Origin: an uncultured Candidatus Rokubacteria bacterium
Lineage (GTDB): Bacteria; Methylomirabilota; Methylomirabilia; Rokubacteriales; CSP1-6
Assembly (NCBI GenBank): GCA_963762145.1
Contig: CAVXJS010000021.1
Span: 1,120,001 to 1,184,000, forward strand
Direction of reading: 5' to 3'
DNA length: 64,000 nucleotides
Shown: in pieces, positions 19,439 through 29,328 of the stretch
Numbering within the stretch: position 1 is the stretch's first letter
Layout: every line of letters begins with the position of its first letter
Made by a program: the position numbers and the translations under genes
The notes under the pieces: generated by a model
Told to the model about the DNA's origin: nothing
Databases searched by the model: none
What the model saw: only the letters and a program-made list of their open reading frames with translations

Positions 19439-21958
19439 TCACATCGGGTAGCGCCGGTAGAACCAGCGTTTCACCACCTCCATCAGGACCAGATATGCGA
19501 TCACCATGGCGAGCAGGAACGCGAAGAAGAGCGGCGGCAGCGGGGTGAAGCCGAGCCAGGGCGCCAGCGGCGTGAACGGCAGGAGCGCCCCCGCGGCCGC
19601 GCAGGCGCTCACCCCCCAGGCCAGGCCGCGGCTGGGGCGGCTGCGCCAGGGCGGCCCGGCCGTCCGGATCACGAAGATCACGAGCGTCTGCGTGGCGAGG
19701 GACTCCACGAACCAGCCGGTCCGGAAGAGAGTCGGCCCGGCCTCGAACACCCAGAGCATCACCGCGAACGTGGCGAAGTCGAACACCGACGACAGCGGGC
19801 CGGTCAGCAGCATGTACCGACGGATGAAGCCGATGTTCCACCGCTTGGGCTTCCGCATGTAGGTGCCGTCCACGTGATCGGACGGGATCGGCACCTGGGC
19901 GAGATCGTACAGGAAGTTGTTGAGCAGGATCTGTAGCGGCAGCATCGGGAGGAAGGGCAGGAAGAGCGATGCCGCCGCCATGCTCAACATGTTGCCGAAG
20001 TTGGAGCTGGTGCCCATCAGGACGTACTTCATGATGTTGCCGAAGCTCCGGCGTCCCTCGACAACGCCATCGTGGAGCACCGACAGTCGCTTCTCGAGCA
20101 GGATGATGTCCGCGGCGTCTCGCGCCACGTCCACCGCGTTCTGGACGGAGATGCCGACGTCCGCCGAGCGGAGCGCGGGAGCGTCGTTGATGCCGTCTCC
20201 CAGGCAACCCACCACGTGGCCGCGGGCGTGGAGGGCCCGGACGATGCGGTTCTTCTGTATCGGCGAGACGCGCGCGAACACCGTGGTCCGCTCGGCCACC
20301 GCGCCCAGCGCGGGATCCGACATGCGCTCGACGTCCTCGCCGAGCACGATCACGCCCGGGTCGAGACCCACGTCCCGGCAGATCTTCTTGGTAACCAGCT
20401 CGTTGTCGCCGGTGATGATCTTCACCTCGATGCCGTCGGCCCGGAGCGTGCGCAGGGTCTGGGCGACACCCTCGTGCGGTGGGTCGAGGAACGCGGCGAA
20501 GCCCACGAAGATCAGCTCGCGCTCGTCGGACACGGAGTAGGCTGCCTGGTCTCCCACCGGGCGATAGGCCACCGCCAGCGCGCGGTAGCCGTCGGCCCCG
20601 AGCCGACAAAACAACGCGTCGGCGGTGGCCCGGGCCGACGCGTCGAGCGGCGCGGCCGTGCCCGCCACCTCCAGGGCGGTGCAGGCGGGCAGCACGCTCT
20701 CGGGGGCTCCCTTCGTGATGAGAAGCCGTTGGCCATCGTCCTGTACGATCACCGATACCCGCCGGCGCTGGAAATCGAAGGGAATCTCGTCCACACGCCG
20801 GTACTGGGCAACCGCCGGGTGCTCGTGCTTCAGGATCGCGTCGTCCATGGGACTGCGCAAGCCGGTCTGATAGACGCTATTCAGCGCGGCCAGCCGGATC
20901 ACCGCCTCGTCGTTCTCCCCTCTGATGTTCAGGTGGCGGTCCACCGTGATCTCGCCGTGGGTGAGCGTGCCCGTCTTGTCGCTGCACAGGATGTCCATGC
21001 TGCCGAAGTTCTCGATGGCGGCGAGCTGCTTGACGATGACCTTCTTCCCCGCCATGCGGACCGCCCCGCTGGCCAGCGTGACCGACACGATCATGGGGAG
21101 CAGCTCGGGGGTGAGACCCACCGCCAGCGCCACCGAGAACAGGAACGTCTCCAGCAGATCGCGCTTCAACAGCGCGTTGACCAGGAACACGAACAGCACC
21201 AGGAAGACGACAACCTGCAGGATCAGGAACCCGAACCGGCGCGTGCCCCGCTCGAACTCGGTCTCCGGGGGACGCGCGAGAAGACTGGTGGCCACCCGCC
21301 CGAACTCGGTAGCCGGACCGGTGGCCACCACGACCGCTACCCCCAAGCCGCTGATCACCGAGGTGCCCCGGAAGACGGCGGTCACCGCCTCTCCGAGTCC
21401 ACCGGCCACCAGCGCGCCGGCGGTCGCCTGCTTCTCGCGGGGCAGCGACTCGCCGGTGAGAGCGGCTTCGTTGACGAACAGGTCACGGGTCGTGAGGAGC
21501 CGGCCGTCCGCCGGTACCAGATCCCCGGCCTTGAGATGCATCACGTCTCCCACCACGACGTCCCGCACCGGCACCTCGCGCTCGACCCCGTCCCGGATCA
21601 CCGTCGCGGTCTGTCCCACCTGCCGACGAAGTCGCGCGGCCGCCCGCTGCGACCGGTACGCCTGGATGAAGTTCAGGGCTACGCTCAGCACGAGCATCAG
21701 CGCGATGATCGCGGCGCTGACCGGCTGGCCAAACGCGGCCGAGACCACGCTGGCCACGAGCAGGATCAGCACGAGCGGGTTGGCGAAGTAGCGCAGCAGC
21801 TCGCGGACAGCCTCGAAGCGGCGGGGCCGGGCCAGCTCGTTGGGTCCCAGGGCCTGCAGGCGCGCGGCGGCCTCGTCCGATGACAGCCCGCGCTCGGTGG
21901 CCGCGGCCGCGGTCAGCGCTTGCCCGATGCTCGCGGCCCAGACCGGCGGAGCAAACAT
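19439..21958 (-). CDS. mgtA: Mg2+-translocating P-type ATPase
   Basis: LTGES, PELLPMIV, CSDKTGTLT, GDGINDAP, SSNFGNM, TGWFVESL; start at 21958 or 21973. Confidence 0.92.
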   Translation of the reverse strand: MFAPPVWAASIGQALTAAAATERGLSSDEAAARLQALGPNELARPRRFEAVRELLRYFANPLVLILLVASVVSAAFGQPVSAAIIALMLVLSVALNFIQAYRSQRAAARLRRQVGQTATVIRDGVEREVPVRDVVVGDVMHLKAGDLVPADGRLLTTRDLFVNEAALTGESLPREKQATAGALVAGGLGEAVTAVFRGTSVISGLGVAVVVATGPATEFGRVATSLLARPPETEFERGTRRFGFLILQVVVFLVLFVFLVNALLKRDLLETFLFSVALAVGLTPELLPMIVSVTLASGAVRMAGKKVIVKQLAAIENFGSMDILCSDKTGTLTHGEITVDRHLNIRGENDEAVIRLAALNSVYQTGLRSPMDDAILKHEHPAVAQYRRVDEIPFDFQRRRVSVIVQDDGQRLLITKGAPESVLPACTALEVAGTAAPLDASARATADALFCRLGADGYRALAVAYRPVGDQAAYSVSDERELIFVGFAAFLDPPHEGVAQTLRTLRADGIEVKIITGDNELVTKKICRDVGLDPGVIVLGEDVERMSDPALGAVAERTTVFARVSPIQKNRIVRALHARGHVVGCLGDGINDAPALRSADVGISVQNAVDVARDAADIILLEKRLSVLHDGVVEGRRSFGNIMKYVLMGTSSNFGNMLSMAAASLFLPFLPMLPLQILLNNFLYDLAQVPIPSDHVDGTYMRKPKRWNIGFIRRYMLLTGPLSSVFDFATFAVMLWVFEAGPTLFRTGWFVESLATQTLVIFVIRTAGPPWRSRPSRGLAWGVSACAAAGALLPFTPLAPWLGFTPLPPLFFAFLLAMVIAYLVLMEVVKRWFYRRYPM

Positions 21959-21959
21959 C

Positions 21960-22225
21960 CTAGTCGTCCCCATAGCGGACGGTGATCAGCGCGTCGATGG
22001 TCCGCCGGAGGTCGGCCAGCTCACGGCGGCGCCAGCGTGCCTCGACCTTCCGGGACTGGCGCGCCAACTCGGTGTCGGTGAACACGTCGCGGACCCAGCG
22101 CGAGAAGTCGCCGTGCCCGGCGTGGTGGGCAGATGTGCCAGCACCCGATAGTCCCCCTCGGGATCGATGACGCAGACCGACGCGAGAGTGCCATCGTAGT
22201 CGCAGGCGAGCGCCTTGAAGAGCAC
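21960..22225 (-). pseudogene. deletion skeleton of a HAD-family hydrolase
   Basis: VLFKALACDYDGTLA + VCVIDPEGDY + (other frame) HGDFSRWVRDVF..ITVRY in 266 bp. Confidence 0.75.
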
Positions 22226-22238
22226 GTCAGCCCTGCTG

Positions 22239-22254
22239 AGCAATCCCGGTGCCA
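22239..22254 (-). promoter_or_regulatory. sigma54 promoter
   Basis: TGGCAC-CGGGA-TTGCT. Confidence 0.88.
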
Positions 22255-22304
22255 TCCTCAAACGACATCGGACGGGGAGAATCGCCGACCCGGCCGTCTC
22301 GACG

Positions 22305-22322
22305 CGGGACACCGGCGCCCCA
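22305..22322. promoter_or_regulatory. candidate UAS between divergent promoters
   Basis: CGGGA-CACCGGCG-CCCCA. Confidence 0.55.
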
Positions 22323-22394
22323 CTGTCGTGGGGATTCCACCGGCGCGGGAGCCCGCGGCGGAAGCAAGTGGCGTGATGATACGGCTTTCCAGAC

Positions 22395-22410
22395 CGGCAC
22401 CTCTCTTGCA
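22395..22410 (+). promoter_or_regulatory. sigma54 promoter
   Basis: CGGCAC-CTCTC-TTGCA. Confidence 0.85.
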
Positions 22411-22423
22411 CTTCATGGTCGCC

Positions 22424-22963
22424 ATGAAGACGATCCGTCCGCTGCTCCCACTGATGCTTCTGATCCTCCTGGCCGGGTGCCAGACCGCGAAGACGCCGCC
22501 GTCCGACCTCGCCGGCGGTGCGCGTGAGCGCGACCAATCCGCCGCGGTGGTCGCCATCGCGCCGCCCGATGCCGATGCGCTGGCCGCGTCCGGCCAGCCG
22601 CCACCGCCCGAGCAGTTCGTGCCGGTGCCGCGGCTGGCCGAGACCCACTTCGACTACGATGCCCACACCATCCGCGCGGAGGATACCGCGATTCTCGACG
22701 AGAACGCGGCGTGGATCCGGGCGAATCCGAGTGGCCTGGTCCTGATCGAAGGGCACACCGACGAGCGGGGAACCGACGACTACAACCTTAGCCTCGGCGA
22801 TCTCCGGGCGGCGGCCGCGAAGAACTACCTGATCGAGCACGGCATTCCGGCCGATCGGATGGTGGCGATCTCGTACGGCAGGGAGCGGCCGCTGTGCGTC
22901 GAGCACAACGAGGCGTGCTGGGCCCGCAACCGCCGGGCCCGGTTCCTCGTCAAGCCGCTCTGA
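22424..22963 (+). CDS. OmpA/Pal-like peptidoglycan-associated lipoprotein
   Basis: Lipobox LLAGC, FDYD, IEGHTDERGTDDYN, SYGRERP, NRRARF. Confidence 0.9.
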   Translation: MKTIRPLLPLMLLILLAGCQTAKTPPSDLAGGARERDQSAAVVAIAPPDADALAASGQPPPPEQFVPVPRLAETHFDYDAHTIRAEDTAILDENAAWIRANPSGLVLIEGHTDERGTDDYNLSLGDLRAAAAKNYLIEHGIPADRMVAISYGRERPLCVEHNEACWARNRRARFLVKPL

Positions 22964-22982
22964 GACCGCGCCCACCTTCGAC

Positions 22983-24089
22983 ATGCCCCTCGTGGCGCGC
23001 GCGATCGGCGATGATCTGGGGCCGGACAAGGTCGTGCTGCTGCGCGAGCCCCGCGTCGGCCTCGAAGCGGTGGTCGTCGTCGACAACGTGGCGTGCGGGC
23101 CGGCCATCGGCGGGGTCCGCATGGCTCCGGACGTCACGGTAGAGGAGGTCTCGCGCCTCGCCCGGGCCATGACCCTGAAGAACGCGGCCGCCGGCCTGGC
23201 CCACGGCGGCGGCAAGGCCGGCATCGTCGCCGATCCAACCGGCGCCCCGGCGGACAAGGAGCGCCTGATCCGGGCCTTCGCGCGGGCGATCCGGTCGCTC
23301 ACCGACTACATCCCCGGTCCCGACATGGGCACCGACGAGCGCTGCATGGCCTGGGTCAAGGACGAGATCGACCGGGCCGTCGGTCTGCCACGCGTGCTGG
23401 GCGGCATCCCCCTCGACGAGATCGGGGCCACCGGCTGGGGGGTCGCGATCGCCGCGGAGGTCGCCGCGCCGGAGGCGGGGATCGCCCTGGCCGGCGCGCG
23501 CGTCGCGATCGAGGGCTTCGGGGCCGTCGGGCAGCACGCGGCCCGATTCCTGGCCGCGCGCGGAAGCCGGCTGGTCGCCGTCTCCGACAGCCGGGGGGCC
23601 ATTCACGACCCCGCGGGACTTCCGATCGAGGCGCTGATCGCCCACAAGCGGGCCGGGCGACCGCTGACCGACTTCCCCGGCGGCCGGGCCATCGGCCGCG
23701 ACGCGCTGATCGGCGTGCCGTGCGAGATCTGGATTCCCGCCGCGCGACCGGACACGCTCACCGCGAACAACGTGAGCGGCCTGCAGGCGAAGCTGGTCAT
23801 CCAGGGCGCGAACATCCCAGCCACCGAGGCGGCCGAAACATGGATGCACGCCCGCCGCATCCTGAGCGTGCCCGATTTCATCGCGAACGCGGGCGGGGTC
23901 ATCTGCGCCGCGATCGAATACCGCGGCGGCACCCAGGCGCAGGCCTTCGCGGCCATCGAGGAGCGCATCCGCGCCAACACCCGCGAGACCCTCGCCGGGG
24001 TTCGCGCGGATGGGATCGTCCCGCGAGAGGCGGCCACCCGGATGGCTCTCACCCGCGTGCGCGAAGCGACGCGCTACCGCAGGCCCTGA
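22983..24089 (+). CDS. Glu/Leu/Phe/Val dehydrogenase
   Basis: GGVRM, MTLKN..GGGKAGI, GPDMGT, EGFGAVG, PDFIANAGGVI. Confidence 0.93.
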   Translation: MPLVARAIGDDLGPDKVVLLREPRVGLEAVVVVDNVACGPAIGGVRMAPDVTVEEVSRLARAMTLKNAAAGLAHGGGKAGIVADPTGAPADKERLIRAFARAIRSLTDYIPGPDMGTDERCMAWVKDEIDRAVGLPRVLGGIPLDEIGATGWGVAIAAEVAAPEAGIALAGARVAIEGFGAVGQHAARFLAARGSRLVAVSDSRGAIHDPAGLPIEALIAHKRAGRPLTDFPGGRAIGRDALIGVPCEIWIPAARPDTLTANNVSGLQAKLVIQGANIPATEAAETWMHARRILSVPDFIANAGGVICAAIEYRGGTQAQAFAAIEERIRANTRETLAGVRADGIVPREAATRMALTRVREATRYRRP

Positions 24090-26485
24090 CCGGTGTCGGT
24101 TTCGGCGGCGGCGACGGCCTCGAGACCGCGCACGATCGCGTCCGGGTTCAGCGAGATGCTCGTGATCCCCTTCCCCACGAGAAACCGGACCATCTCGGGA
24201 TAGTCGCTCGGCGCCTGGCCGCAGATCCCGACCTTTCGCCCCGCCCGTCGTGCTCCGTCGATGATCATGCCGATCATGCTGAGCACCGCCGGGCTGCGCT
24301 CGTCGAACTCGGGCGCGACCAGCTCGGAGTCCCGGTCCACCCCGAGCACGAGCTGGGTGAGATCGTTGGAGCCGATCGAGAATCCGTCGAAGAGCGCCGC
24401 GAACTCGTCGACCAGGATCGCGTTGGCGGGGATCTCGGCCATCACGTAGACCTCGAGCCCGTTGACGCCGCGCACGAGCCCGTTGGCGGCCAGCAGATCG
24501 AGGACGCGACGGCCCTCGGCCGGTGTCCGGCAGAACGGGATCATGAGCTTCACGTTGGCGAGGCCCATCTGCTCGCGGACCCGGCGCAGGGCCCGGCACT
24601 CGAGTTCGAACGCCTCCCGATAGCGCGGGTGCGCGTAACGGAACGCGCCGCGGAAGCCGAGCATGGGATTGCCCTCCTCGGGCTCGAAGTCGCGACCGCC
24701 CACGAGCCCCGCGTACTCGCTGGACTTGAAGTCCGAGAGACGGACGATCACATCCTTCGGATGAAAAGCCGCCGCGATCACGGCCACACCTTCGGCCAGT
24801 CGCTCGACGAAGAATTCCCCACGGTCCGTATACCCGGCCGTCAGCGCGTCAATCTCCGCCCGCGCGGCCGGATCGCGGACGCGGTCCGGGTGGAGCAGCG
24901 CGAGCGGATGGGCGCGCACGAAGCTCGCGATGATGAACTCGATGCGCGCCAGTCCCACGCCGTCGTTGGGCAGGGCGGCCAGCCGGAAGGCCTCGCCCGG
25001 ATTGCCGACGTTGAGCATCACCCGGGTCCGGGTCCTCGGCATCGCGGCCAGGTCCACCTGCCGCCGCTCGACGGGGAGCGCGCCCGCGTAGACCGACCCG
25101 GTCTCGCCTTCGGCACAGGACACGGTCACGAGCTGCCCGTCGGGGAGGAGCTCTGTCCCGTTGCCGGTGCCAACCACACACGGCACGCCGAGCTCACGGC
25201 TGACGATGGCCGCGTGGCAGGTGCGGCCTCCGCGGTCGGTCACGATGGCCGCCGCGCGCTTCATGATGGGCTCCCAGTCGGGATCGGTCATGGACGCCAC
25301 GAGCACGTCCCCGGCCTGGAAGGCTTCCAGGTCGCGCGGATCGCGCAGCCGCCGCGTCGGCCCTACCCCGATCCGCTGGCCGACGGCCGCGCCGACGACG
25401 AGCCGGTCCCGCGGCCCGCCCGGCCGCAGCGAGAAGATCTCGAGGACGGCCCGGCTGGCGGCGCTATGGACCGTCTCGGGCCGCGCCTGGAGAATGTAGA
25501 GCCGGCCGTCATCGGCATCCTTCGCCCATTCGATGTCCATCGGCACCACATGCCCCGCCCGCCGCGAGTAATGCTCCTCGATGGCGACCGCGAAGCGGCC
25601 GAGCTCCAGCGCCTCCTGGTCGCTGAGGCTCGCCGAGCGCTGAGCCTCCTCGGGCACCGGAACCCGCTCGGGCTGGCCATCGGCCCCCATGACGAGCTTC
25701 CACGTCTTCCGCACGATCTTGCGCTTGAGCAGAGCGTGATGGCCGGTCCGCAGCGTCGGCTTGAAGATCCAGAACTCGTCCGGATCGAGCTGCCCCTGGA
25801 CGACCGCCTCCCCCAGCCCGAAGGCGGCGTTGACGAGGACCACGCCGCGGAACCCGCTGTCGGGGTCGAGGGTGAACATGACGCCGGAGCTGCCCTGGTC
25901 GCACGCGACCATCCGCTGGACCGCGATCGACAGGAACACGCTCAGATGGTCGAACCCGTTCTGGATGCGGTAGACGATGGCGCGATCGGTGAAGATCGAC
26001 GCGAAGCAGCGCCGACACGCGGTCAGTAGCGCGGCCTCTCCCCGGACGCCCAGAAAGCTCTCGTGCTGGCCCGCGAAGCTCGCCTGGGGAAGATCCTCGG
26101 CGGTGGCGCTCGAGCGGACGGCCACCGCGGGCTGGTCGGCTCCCACCTCGCGCGCGAGCGTCCGGTAGGCGGAGACGATCGCGCCCTCCAGTCCGGCCGG
26201 GAGTGGGGCCGCCTCGACGAGCCGGCGAAGCTCGGCGCCGGCCGTCGCCAGCGCGGTCACGTCCTCGCCGGTGACCCCTTTGAGGATGGCGCCGAGCCGG
26301 TCACGCAGGCCGTTGCCGTCGAGGAGCGCCCGGTACGCGGCCGCGGTCACGGCGAACCCATCGGGAACTCGAACCCCGGCCGCGCCGAGCTCGCCGTACA
26401 GCTCTCCGAGGGACGCGGTCTTGCCGCCGACCAGGGGCACGTCTCCCAGCCGGATGTCTCGGAACCACTTGATCGCCTCATTCAT
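24074..26485 (-). CDS. ppsA: phosphoenolpyruvate synthase
   Basis: VRSSATAEDL, QARPETVH, GGRTCHAAI, NPMLGFRG, SIGSNDLTQ, GICGQAPSD. Confidence 0.96.
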   Translation of the reverse strand: MNEAIKWFRDIRLGDVPLVGGKTASLGELYGELGAAGVRVPDGFAVTAAAYRALLDGNGLRDRLGAILKGVTGEDVTALATAGAELRRLVEAAPLPAGLEGAIVSAYRTLAREVGADQPAVAVRSSATAEDLPQASFAGQHESFLGVRGEAALLTACRRCFASIFTDRAIVYRIQNGFDHLSVFLSIAVQRMVACDQGSSGVMFTLDPDSGFRGVVLVNAAFGLGEAVVQGQLDPDEFWIFKPTLRTGHHALLKRKIVRKTWKLVMGADGQPERVPVPEEAQRSASLSDQEALELGRFAVAIEEHYSRRAGHVVPMDIEWAKDADDGRLYILQARPETVHSAASRAVLEIFSLRPGGPRDRLVVGAAVGQRIGVGPTRRLRDPRDLEAFQAGDVLVASMTDPDWEPIMKRAAAIVTDRGGRTCHAAIVSRELGVPCVVGTGNGTELLPDGQLVTVSCAEGETGSVYAGALPVERRQVDLAAMPRTRTRVMLNVGNPGEAFRLAALPNDGVGLARIEFIIASFVRAHPLALLHPDRVRDPAARAEIDALTAGYTDRGEFFVERLAEGVAVIAAAFHPKDVIVRLSDFKSSEYAGLVGGRDFEPEEGNPMLGFRGAFRYAHPRYREAFELECRALRRVREQMGLANVKLMIPFCRTPAEGRRVLDLLAANGLVRGVNGLEVYVMAEIPANAILVDEFAALFDGFSIGSNDLTQLVLGVDRDSELVAPEFDERSPAVLSMIGMIIDGARRAGRKVGICGQAPSDYPEMVRFLVGKGITSISLNPDAIVRGLEAVAAAETDTGQGLR

Positions 26486-26515
26486 AGCGCGCGTCCATCG
26501 GGATTCGCCGACACG

Positions 26516-26719
26516 TCAGTCGAGTTCATCCTCGGTGCGTCCGCACCGATCGCATCTCGTGGCCGGCCACTCCGTTCCAGCCTTGTCCTCTTCCCCGGAC
26601 GCGGCGTGGATCAGGCCGCCGCACGGGCACGGCTCCGGATACTCCTCAAGGCACTCGGGGCACTTCGCGTCGCCAACCACGTGCGTCGTCTCGTCGCCGA
26701 TCGTGAACAGCCTGGTCAT
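26516..26719 (-). CDS. 67-aa Cys-rich putative metal-binding protein
   Basis: CPEC..CPCGGLIH..CDRCG; GGAG RBS; lies within an operon. Confidence 0.7.
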   Translation of the reverse strand: MTRLFTIGDETTHVVGDAKCPECLEEYPEPCPCGGLIHAASGEEDKAGTEWPATRCDRCGRTEDELD

Positions 26720-26738
26720 GGCTTCTCCGGCTCTCGCC

Positions 26739-27176
26739 TCACCGGCACACCAGCACCGGGATCTTGCTGTGGGTGAGCACCTTGTTGGTCTCGCTGCCGA
26801 GCACGAGCGCCGACACCCCCCTGCGCCCGTGCGAGGACATGCAGATCAGATCGCAACCCTTCGTCTGCGCGGTGTCGACGATCGCCTGGTACGGCTGGGC
26901 CTGGGTCACGTGCAACGTCTCGCAGGGTACGCCGACCAAGCCGGCTTCCGCCCGGGCCAGGTCGAGCGTCTTCTTGGCCAGGGCCTCGCAATCCTGCTCG
27001 TACCGCGCCGGGCTCTCGCTCAGCATGACCGGGTCGACCGCGAAGGAATGAAACGGCAGCGAGACGGTGAGGACGGTCGTCCGGGCCCCCACCGCCTTGG
27101 CCAGCGCCATGCCGTGGCGAATCGCCATATCCGATAGGGGGGAGCCATCCGTGGGAATCAGCACGTTCTTGTACAT
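26739..27176 (-). CDS. universal stress protein
   Basis: LIPTDGS, MSSHGRRG..LGSETNKVLTHSKIPVLV. Confidence 0.93.
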   Translation of the reverse strand: MYKNVLIPTDGSPLSDMAIRHGMALAKAVGARTTVLTVSLPFHSFAVDPVMLSESPARYEQDCEALAKKTLDLARAEAGLVGVPCETLHVTQAQPYQAIVDTAQTKGCDLICMSSHGRRGVSALVLGSETNKVLTHSKIPVLVCR

Positions 27177-27182
27177 GCGCGT

Positions 27183-27833
27183 CTAGCCTCCCGCGGTCCA
27201 GCCCTCGGCCCCGATCAGGGGAACGAAGGCGACCTCCTCGAGATTCTCGTACCGGTACTCCTGGGTGTCCGTGCGTGTGACGCGCACCAGCCGCTGGTGG
27301 TGGGTGTCGGACCCGATCGGCATGATCAGCCGGCCTCCCGCCGCGAGCTGGCTCAGCAGCGTCTCGGGCGCCCGCGGGCCCCCCGCGGTCACCAGGATCG
27401 CGTCGTACGGAGCGTACTCCTCCCAGCCCAGGGTGCCGTCGCCCTCCCGCACGTGAACGTTGGCATAGCCGAGCTCAGCCAGACGGCGACGCGCCTGTTC
27501 CGCCAGCACCCCCACTCGCTCGACCGTGTAGACCTCCGCCGCGATCCGCGACAGGACCGCGGCGCCGTACCCCGAACCGGTCCCGATCTCGAGCACACGA
27601 GCGCCCGGCTCGAGCCCGGCCGCCTGCGCCATCAGCGCGACGATGTACGGCTGGGAGATCGTCTGGCCCTCCCCGATCGGCAGCGGCCGATCCCCGTAGG
27701 CAAACCGCGCCAGCCTCGCGGGAACGAACCGCTCCCGCGGGACGGCGCGCAGGGCCTCGAGTACGAGCGGGTCGGTGATACCCCGCGCCTCGATCTGGGT
27801 CGCCACCATACCCGCCCGGTCCTCGGTCAGCAT
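27183..27833 (-). CDS. pcm: protein-L-isoaspartate O-methyltransferase
   Basis: GQTISQPYIVA, LEIGTGSGY, GDGTLGW..APYDAI, FVPLIG. Confidence 0.95.
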   Translation of the reverse strand: MLTEDRAGMVATQIEARGITDPLVLEALRAVPRERFVPARLARFAYGDRPLPIGEGQTISQPYIVALMAQAAGLEPGARVLEIGTGSGYGAAVLSRIAAEVYTVERVGVLAEQARRRLAELGYANVHVREGDGTLGWEEYAPYDAILVTAGGPRAPETLLSQLAAGGRLIMPIGSDTHHQRLVRVTRTDTQEYRYENLEEVAFVPLIGAEGWTAGG

Positions 27834-27864
27834 CGGAGCATCACCTCCCCCTCCGTCGCCGCCG

Positions 27865-28305
27865 CTACTCGCCCTTGATCGGAATCGTCGCGCCCTTGGC
27901 CGCCGGCGTCTTGGGCAGCGTCACGGTCAGGAGCCCATTCTTGAATGCGGCCGAGACCTTGCTCGGATCCACCGCGACCGGCAGCCGCACCCCGCGGGTG
28001 AACACCCCGTAAGACCGCTCCATCCGGTGGAACCGCTCGTCCTTCTCTTCCTTCTCCTGTCTCTTTTCCCCGGTGATCGTCAGCAGGCTTTCCTGCAGCG
28101 AGATCCGGATGTCTTTCTGGTCCATCCCCGGCACCTCGACCTTCACGACCAGGCTGTCCTTCGTCTCCGAGATGTCCATGCTCGGGGACCAGTCGCCGAG
28201 CGTCGGAAAATCATCCCACTTGCTCGCCGCCATCCGGTCGAACAGCCGGTCCATGTCCTGCTTCAGGCTCCCGAATCCCGCCCACGGCATCAACCCTTGC
28301 AGCAT
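27865..28305 (-). CDS. Hsp20 small heat-shock protein
   Basis: PSMDISET, EVPGM, ERSYGVFTR, NGLLTVTLPK. Confidence 0.95.
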   Translation of the reverse strand: MLQGLMPWAGFGSLKQDMDRLFDRMAASKWDDFPTLGDWSPSMDISETKDSLVVKVEVPGMDQKDIRISLQESLLTITGEKRQEKEEKDERFHRMERSYGVFTRGVRLPVAVDPSKVSAAFKNGLLTVTLPKTPAAKGATIPIKGE

Positions 28306-28358
28306 GATGTCTCCTCCTGTTGATAGGAACGTTTCGTTCGATACCTGACGAAGCGATG

Positions 28359-28374
28359 TGCATCGGGAGTGCCA
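28359..28374 (-). promoter_or_regulatory. sigma54 promoter
   Basis: TGGCAC-TCCCG-ATGCA. Confidence 0.82.
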
Positions 28375-28427
28375 GACGGGTCGCGCGTTGACTCAGGGCC
28401 TTGCGATGCATCGACGATCGGGGCCGT

Positions 28428-28464
28428 CGGGGCACGAGCGCCTCGGTGTGGCGGCGACGCCCCA
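28428..28464. promoter_or_regulatory. tandem candidate UAS
   Basis: CGGGG-N8-CCTCG and TGTGG-N8-CCCCA, 19 bp apart. Confidence 0.65.
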
Positions 28465-28506
28465 GCCCACGGTTCGAGGACGATCGCGTTCGCGTGGGTT
28501 TGCGCG

Positions 28507-28522
28507 CGGCATCTACCTTGCA
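28507..28522 (+). promoter_or_regulatory. sigma54 promoter
   Basis: CGGCAT-CTACC-TTGCA. Confidence 0.82.
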
Positions 28523-28546
28523 CCGATGACCTCGAGGAGGAGCACG

Positions 28547-29113
28547 ATGATCAACGGCGGCCCCGGGTATCTCGTTCTCGCGACGCTCGGTCGGAACTGG
28601 TGGATGGTCGCGGCGCGTGGCCTGCTCGCGATCCTGTTCGGCCTCGCGGTGCTGCTCCGGCCGGAGCTGCCCTTCAACCTGCTGATCGCCGCCTTCGGCA
28701 TCTATGCGGTGCTGGACGGCGCCTGGGCGGTCGCCTCTGCGCTCCGGGTCTCGCGGGTATCGTTCGCGATGTGGCCCGTTGTCCTCGAAGGGGTCGTCAG
28801 CCTCGGCGTGGGAGGGCTGGCGCTCGCGTGGCCCCTCATACCCCGCGACGCGATACACGTCATCGCGGTCTGGGGACTTCTCACCGGCTTTCTGGAGCTC
28901 GTCGCGGCGGCGCGGCTCCCCGACCGGAGCCCCGGGTTCTGGCTACTCCTGACCGGTGGCGGGTTCTCTCTGTTCCTGGCCGTGCTCATCTTCGTGCTAC
29001 CCCGCGCCGTCGAGCCGTCCATCGCCCGGGCCGTCGGTGTCTACGCCCTGTGCTTCGGGGGGCTGCTCCTGGCCGGCGCCTGGTCGCTGCGGAGCGTGCT
29101 GCGGACCGTGTGA
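28547..29113 (+). CDS. HdeD/DUF308 membrane protein
   Basis: RNWWMVAARGLLAILFG, FGIYAVLDG; GAGGAGG RBS. Confidence 0.88.
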   Translation: MINGGPGYLVLATLGRNWWMVAARGLLAILFGLAVLLRPELPFNLLIAAFGIYAVLDGAWAVASALRVSRVSFAMWPVVLEGVVSLGVGGLALAWPLIPRDAIHVIAVWGLLTGFLELVAAARLPDRSPGFWLLLTGGGFSLFLAVLIFVLPRAVEPSIARAVGVYALCFGGLLLAGAWSLRSVLRTV

Positions 29114-29328
29114 GCGGCCGCGACCGCTAGACCACCGGGCGTACGAGCATCAGCCTGGCGAGCGCCACGCCTCTCTGCGTCAAGCCGTCGGCGCCGATCA
29201 GGAGGACGAACGGTAAGGGTCACTCGCCCCAGCCCAGCGTGCCGTCAGAACTGGACGTCACGAGCGCCGGGCTCAGGCCCGGCCCCCCGCCCCGATCGCA
29301 CCGAGTACTCGACCCGGAGGCTGATACC

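Larger units (their letters stand above)
27830..28464 (-). repeat. copy 1 of duplicated UAS-promoter-hsp20-pcm(5') cassette (copy 2 at 29870-30545)
   Basis: Near-identical hsp20 DNA and a shared catcggagcatcacctcccc junction. Confidence 0.8.

Noticed and set aside
23093-26029. Long alternative-frame and antisense ORFs (also 9636, 20072, 34589, 58942)
   Set aside because: Typical stop-poor shadow frames of high-GC genes, with no recognisable motifs.
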